From Felis catus (Eukaryota): 64,000 nt of DNA. This document shows positions 62,691-64,000 of this stretch, in pieces. Location of the stretch: the NCBI RefSeq assembly GCF_018350175.1, contig NC_058368.1, positions 88,228,001 to 88,292,000 on the forward strand, in the 5' to 3' direction. The notes beneath the pieces are model-generated. The model ran no database searches and was not told the DNA's origin. It saw only the letters and a program-made list of their open reading frames with translations. Made by a program: the position numbers and the translations under genes. Position 1 is the first letter of the stretch, and each line of letters starts with the position of its first letter.

Positions 62691-63827
62691 TCCTCATTGC
62701 TGTTTTGACTAGGTTACTCCCTGCCTGTCATTATTGGAATTTTAGTCTGATTGAGAATACCAGGAAAGTGCACAGATTACCCTGAAACCAAGGCATTTAA
62801 GTTGCTGCCTGATTCTCATGAGTGATGCTCTGGGGCTCACTCAGTGAGGTGTGGGCGCTGTGTCCCTGGCATGCTCACTCCTGCAGTGGCCTCGCCAAGG
62901 CCTGTGCAGAGAGTGGCTAAGGGCCAAAGGCCGGCTGGCATTCTGGTCGGGACTTGCAGTCTTCTGCTCAATTGGTACGGCATTCAGCAGTGCTTCCAGC
63001 GATTCCATCCAAATGGGGACAGGTTATGTGTGGTGCCCTCTCTGTGCACACACTGCATTAGCAGGTGTATTCCTGGTAGCACAGAGCACACATCCTGACC
63101 TAAACCCTCGCTTGTAGACCTGCTTCTGGCTGGTGCCTCCAAGCAAGTTGCCCAGATGGCTAGTGATTACTCACCTCTTAGCAGGGAGCCTACTCCATGT
63201 AAAAAGGTCTCTTTAGCTGGGTCTCCAGGGGCCCTGGATGGCAAAGGAGGGTAACAGAGGACAGATAAAACATTCAAGTGATGCAGGCGCTAAAGGCCAC
63301 AAAGATGCTCTGGCCCCGACTGCAGCTCTCTCAGCTTCTTGCCAGAATACAGGGCCAATGACAGCAGATGAACCACTCAGGTCCCTCTTGTCACTGTGGG
63401 GCCTGACAGCACTCGGCACACTGCAGCACTCAGTGAATAGTTCTCGCATGTTACATGGAACGAATGTGGTTATGTTCAATCATTCTTAAATTCCTGGGAT
63501 AAAGTGTACTTGGGTGGATGTATGCTGTTTCTGGGACAAACTATTTGGCCATGCCAAATTGCAGTTTTGAAAACTTAATACCTCCAGCGACTTAAATTAA
63601 CACATTAGTCATACACTGATTTCCCACATGTACTTGGGCCCCGTTTTGAGTGTCTTATGCACAGACACACACTATCCCGTATCCATGGCCTGTTATAATG
63701 AGGCAACATTTCAGTGTCTGCTGGGGTAATTCCCCCCATGTCACTGGCCTTCATATGTAGCTTTATTCCTCAGTGTTCTTTCTTCTGTTTTGATATAAAC
63801 CTCAAAATCAACTATTTAGCTCCAGAA

Positions 63828-63912
63828 ATACACACACATGTGCGCACACACACATGCCTGCATGCACACACACATGCACACACACTCATGCACACGTGCA
63901 TGCACACACTAG
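63828..63912. repeat. Compound (CA)n/(CATG) microsatellite
   Basis: Interrupted CA runs. Confidence 0.9.
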
Positions 63913-64000
63913 GGTTGCTTTGCCTGAGAAAGACTGTGTTAACATTTGTTCAAATCTACTTTTTCTTGTTCTTTCTCCCTCCCCACCCCCCACAGGAGCA

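Noticed and set aside
62350..64000. Short ORFs at the right end
   Set aside because: No recognisable domains or splice structure; probably unique intergenic or very old repeat-derived sequence

Overview
Mammalian genomic DNA, almost certainly from a felid: it carries many tRNA-derived Can-SINEs with the felid SINEC_Fc layout and L1s with a felid-type 3' UTR. The window has two sharply different halves. Bases 1-19,270 are GC-rich and almost free of young transposons. They hold several minisatellites and G-rich arrays, a CpG-rich patch, short AT-rich enhancer-like motif clusters, a GC-box promoter-like array near 18.3-18.6 kb, and a chain of minus-strand exon-like segments that I cannot assign to a known gene (low confidence). 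Bases ~19,270-64,000 are AT-rich and consist mostly of nested retroelements: one full-length but frameshifted L1 with perfect TSDs, several truncated or older L1s, about 20 SINEs, an MLT1 LTR, an LTR16/ERVL remnant and simple repeats. No intact protein-coding gene can be supported. The most striking structure is an antisense L1 inserted into a sense L1, whose 5' truncation falls at the position homologous to its own target site, creating a head-to-head L1/L1 inverted repeat. I found no convincing new biological system. Repeat-family and subfamily names come from recognising consensus sequences from memory, not from a database search.
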